From positions 179,430,001 to 179,494,000 of the forward strand of contig NC_058368.1 in NCBI RefSeq assembly GCF_018350175.1: 64,000 bases of DNA, read 5' to 3'. The notes beneath the pieces are model-generated. The model had not been told where the DNA came from, searched no databases, and worked only from the letters and a program-made list of their open reading frames with translations. Below, in pieces: positions 61,309 to 64,000 of this stretch; position 1 is the stretch's first letter, and every line of letters starts with the position of its first letter. The stretch comes from Felis catus (Eukaryota). The position numbers were made by a program, and so were the translations under genes.

Positions 61309-63080
61309 TTTTTTTATTATGAAATTTATTATTGTCAGATTGGTTTCCATACAACACCCAGTGCTCATCCCAACAGGTGCCCTCAATACCCATCACCTAC
61401 CCACCCCTCCCTCCCACCCCCCATAAACCCTCAGTTCTCAGTTTTTAGGAGTTTCTTATGTTTTGGCTCCCTCCCTCTCTAACCATTTTTTTTCTTCCCT
61501 TACCCTATGGTCTTCTGTTAAGTTTCTCAGGATCCACATAGGAGTTAAAACATATGGAGTCTGTCCTTCTCTGTATGACTTACTTCACTTAGCATCACAC
61601 TCTCCAGTTCCATCCATGTTGCTACAAAAGGCCATATTTCATTCTTTCTCATTGCCACGTAGTATTCCATTGTGTATATAAACCACAATTTCTTTATTCA
61701 TTCATCAGTTGATGGACATTTAGGCTCTTTCCATAATTTACTATTGTTGAGAGTGCTGCTATAAACATTGGGGTACAAGTGCCCCTATGCATCAGTACTC
61801 CTGTATCCCTTAGGTAAATTCCTAGCAGTGCTACTGCTGGGTCATAGGGTAGGTCTATTTTTAATTTTTTGAGGAATCTCCAAATTTTTTGACGAACTGT
61901 TTTCCAGAGCGGCTGCACCAGTTTGCATTCCCACCAACAGTGCAAGAGGGTTCCCGTTTCTCCACATCCTCTCTAGCATCTATAGTCTCCTGTTTTGTTC
62001 ATTTTAGCCACTCTGACTGGCGTGAGGTGATATCTGAGTGTGGTTTTGATTTGTATTTCCCTGATGAGGAGTGACGTTGAGCATCTTTTCATGTGCCTGT
62101 TGGCCATCTGGATGTCTTCTTTAGAGAAGTGTCTATTCATGTCTTCTGCCCATTTCTTCACTGGATTATTTGTTTTTCAGGTGTGGAGTTTGGTGAGCTC
62201 TTTATAGATTTTGGATACTAGCCCTTTGTCCAATATGTCATTTGCAAATATCTTTTCCCATTCCGTTGGTTGCCTTTTAGTTTTGTTCATTGTTTCCTTT
62301 GCTGTGCAGAAGCTTTTTATCTTCATGAGGTCCCAATAGTTCATTTTTGCTTTTAATTCCCTTGCCTTTGGGGATATGTCAAGTAAGAAATTGCTGTGGC
62401 TGAGGTCAGAGAGGTTTTTCCCTGATGTCTCCTCCAGGGTTTTGATGGTTTCCTGTCTCACATTTAGGTCCTTTATCCATTTTGAGTTTGTTTTTGTGAA
62501 TGGTGTAAGTGGTCTAGTCTCATCCTTCTGCATGTTGCTTTCCAGTTCTCCCAGCACCATTTGTTAATGAGACTGTCTTTTTTCCATTGGATATTCTTTC
62601 CTGCTTTGTCAAAGATGAGTTGGCCATACTTTTGTGGGTCTAGTTCTGGGGTTTCTATTCTATTCCGTTGGTCTATGTGTCTGTTTTTGTGCCAATACCT
62701 TGCTGTCTTGATGATTACAGCTTTGTAGTAGAGGCTAAAGTCTGGGATTGTGATGCCTCCTGCTTTGGTCTTCTTCTTCAAAATTACTTTGGCTATTCGG
62801 GGCCTTTTGTGGTTCCATACAAATTTTAGGATTGCTTGTTCTAGCTTCAAGAAGAATGCTGGTGCAATTTTGATTGGGATTGCATTGAATGTGTAGATAG
62901 CTTTGGGTAGTATTGACATTTTAACAATATTTATTCTTCCAACCCATGAGCACAGAATGTTTTTCCATTTCTTTATATCTTCTTCAATTTCCTTCATAAG
63001 CTTTCTATAGTTTTCAGCATACAGATCTTTTACATCTTTGGTCAGGTTTATTCCTAGGTATTTTATGATTCTTGGTGCAA
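61309..63080 (-). mobile_element. Relatively young 5'-truncated felid L1 (about 1.8 kb; ORF2 3' part and 3'UTR)
   Basis: ORF pieces '[25 protein letters not shown]', 'HCWWECKLVQPLWKT', 'CTPMFIAALSTI'; perfect 17-bp TSD ttcatattacaaattta at 61292-61308 and 63081-63097. Confidence 0.97.
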
Positions 63081-63690
63081 TTCATATTACAAATTTAAAT
63101 CTATCTCCCTATAATGTCTCCCTGCATTTTCTTAGTTCTTCATTCTTGAATAGCTCCAAATGTGTCTACCTATTTTTCTAGCACCTGGGACAATTCCTGA
63201 CAACACATAGACATTTAATCAATATTTCTAAAATAATTAATGGCATTTTTTCAGCTATGTAAGAATATCAGTTGTGTAAAGGTAGATATCTTATCCTACT
63301 CTTGGATAATCTCTGATAATGGTTATATCATTGTAAGCAAAATTACTCTCTTGTTGATAATCCCCTGTGTTGGTATGTCTGCAACCAAAAGTCAACTTCA
63401 AAATTGGTTGTTTGAAACCTGAATTACATTTTCTTTTAGGTAAAATATGGTCAATGGTGCTTGCTTTCCAAGCTAGTACACACTAGCTAATTTGGTGGAT
63501 ATTGGTACTGGTCTAGATCTCAGGAGTCAGAAACCTCTAAATAGTCCAAACCTTCATTTGAAGTGTGAGTTGAGTTTTGAGCAGAACTGGGCCAAATCAG
63601 TCTTGGCCTCCCTTACCTGGCGGTATCCCTCTTCCTTCCTCTATTGTCCTATTCATCCGTCGCATTCTGCTACACTAAGGCTTCCATAGC

Positions 63691-64000
63691 TATGGTGGCC
63701 TTAAAAATGTACCACTTAGAATTCCTGCTGTGTCATGGGGACCATATTTAATAAATATCCCTAGATGCTGTACTCCAAATCCATGCCATCTGCTCTGAGG
63801 CTTTGCTTCCCTTGGGATACTCTCAGCCAATGACTGAGCACAAGGGGGGTACTAAGGCAGGCCCATACCTGTGAGATGCTAGATAAATTGGTACTAGGGC
63901 TCTCCATCAACCTAGCCAAAAATTTCCTAGCACTGTGCTGCAGTCTGAGACTGCTAACCCAGCACTCTGTCCTTCTTTTCCTCTTGCCTTCACAGGGTCA
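63691..64000 (+). mobile_element. LTR16B-like ERVL LTR, running off the window end
   Basis: 'cagccaatgactgagcacaaggggggtactaaggcaggccca...ctgtgctgcagtctgag...ccttcacagg'. Confidence 0.75.

Noticed and set aside
61694..62997. L1 ORF2 ORFs as an active element
   Set aside because: The element is 5'-truncated at about 1.8 kb and split across frames; it has no promoter, ORF1 or endonuclease domain.
1..64000. Exons of a host gene or a novel multi-gene system
   Set aside because: No non-repeat ORF resembles a protein I recognise. Small exons cannot be excluded without spliced alignment or RNA-seq.

Overview
This is non-coding, CpG-depleted mammalian DNA from a cat-family (Felidae) genome, judged from about 15 SINEC_Fc-type tRNA-derived SINEs and carnivore/felid L1 3' ends. 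I found no intact protein-coding exon or CpG-island promoter, so the window is intergenic or lies inside a large intron; I cannot identify the host locus. Nearly all ORFs in the track are spurious or repeat-derived. The recognisable protein-like sequence is a decayed processed RPL5 pseudogene (54.3-55.3 kb, minus), L1 ORF2 remnants and a decayed Charlie1a hAT transposase. The window also holds three small-RNA retrocopies (one 7SL, two U6) and many ancient eutherian repeats (MIR, L2, MLT1, LTR16B, MER5, MER102, MER104). The most notable structures are retroposition footprints: tailless 7SL and U6 copies whose junctions suggest internal priming, two L1s with apparent short 3' transductions, and several nested insertions. 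There is also an AT-rich palindrome/43-bp tandem array and a few repeat-free, TAAT-rich candidate enhancers. I see no evidence of a novel multi-gene system. Repeat family names come from recalled consensus sequences, not from a search, and boundaries of old repeats are approximate.
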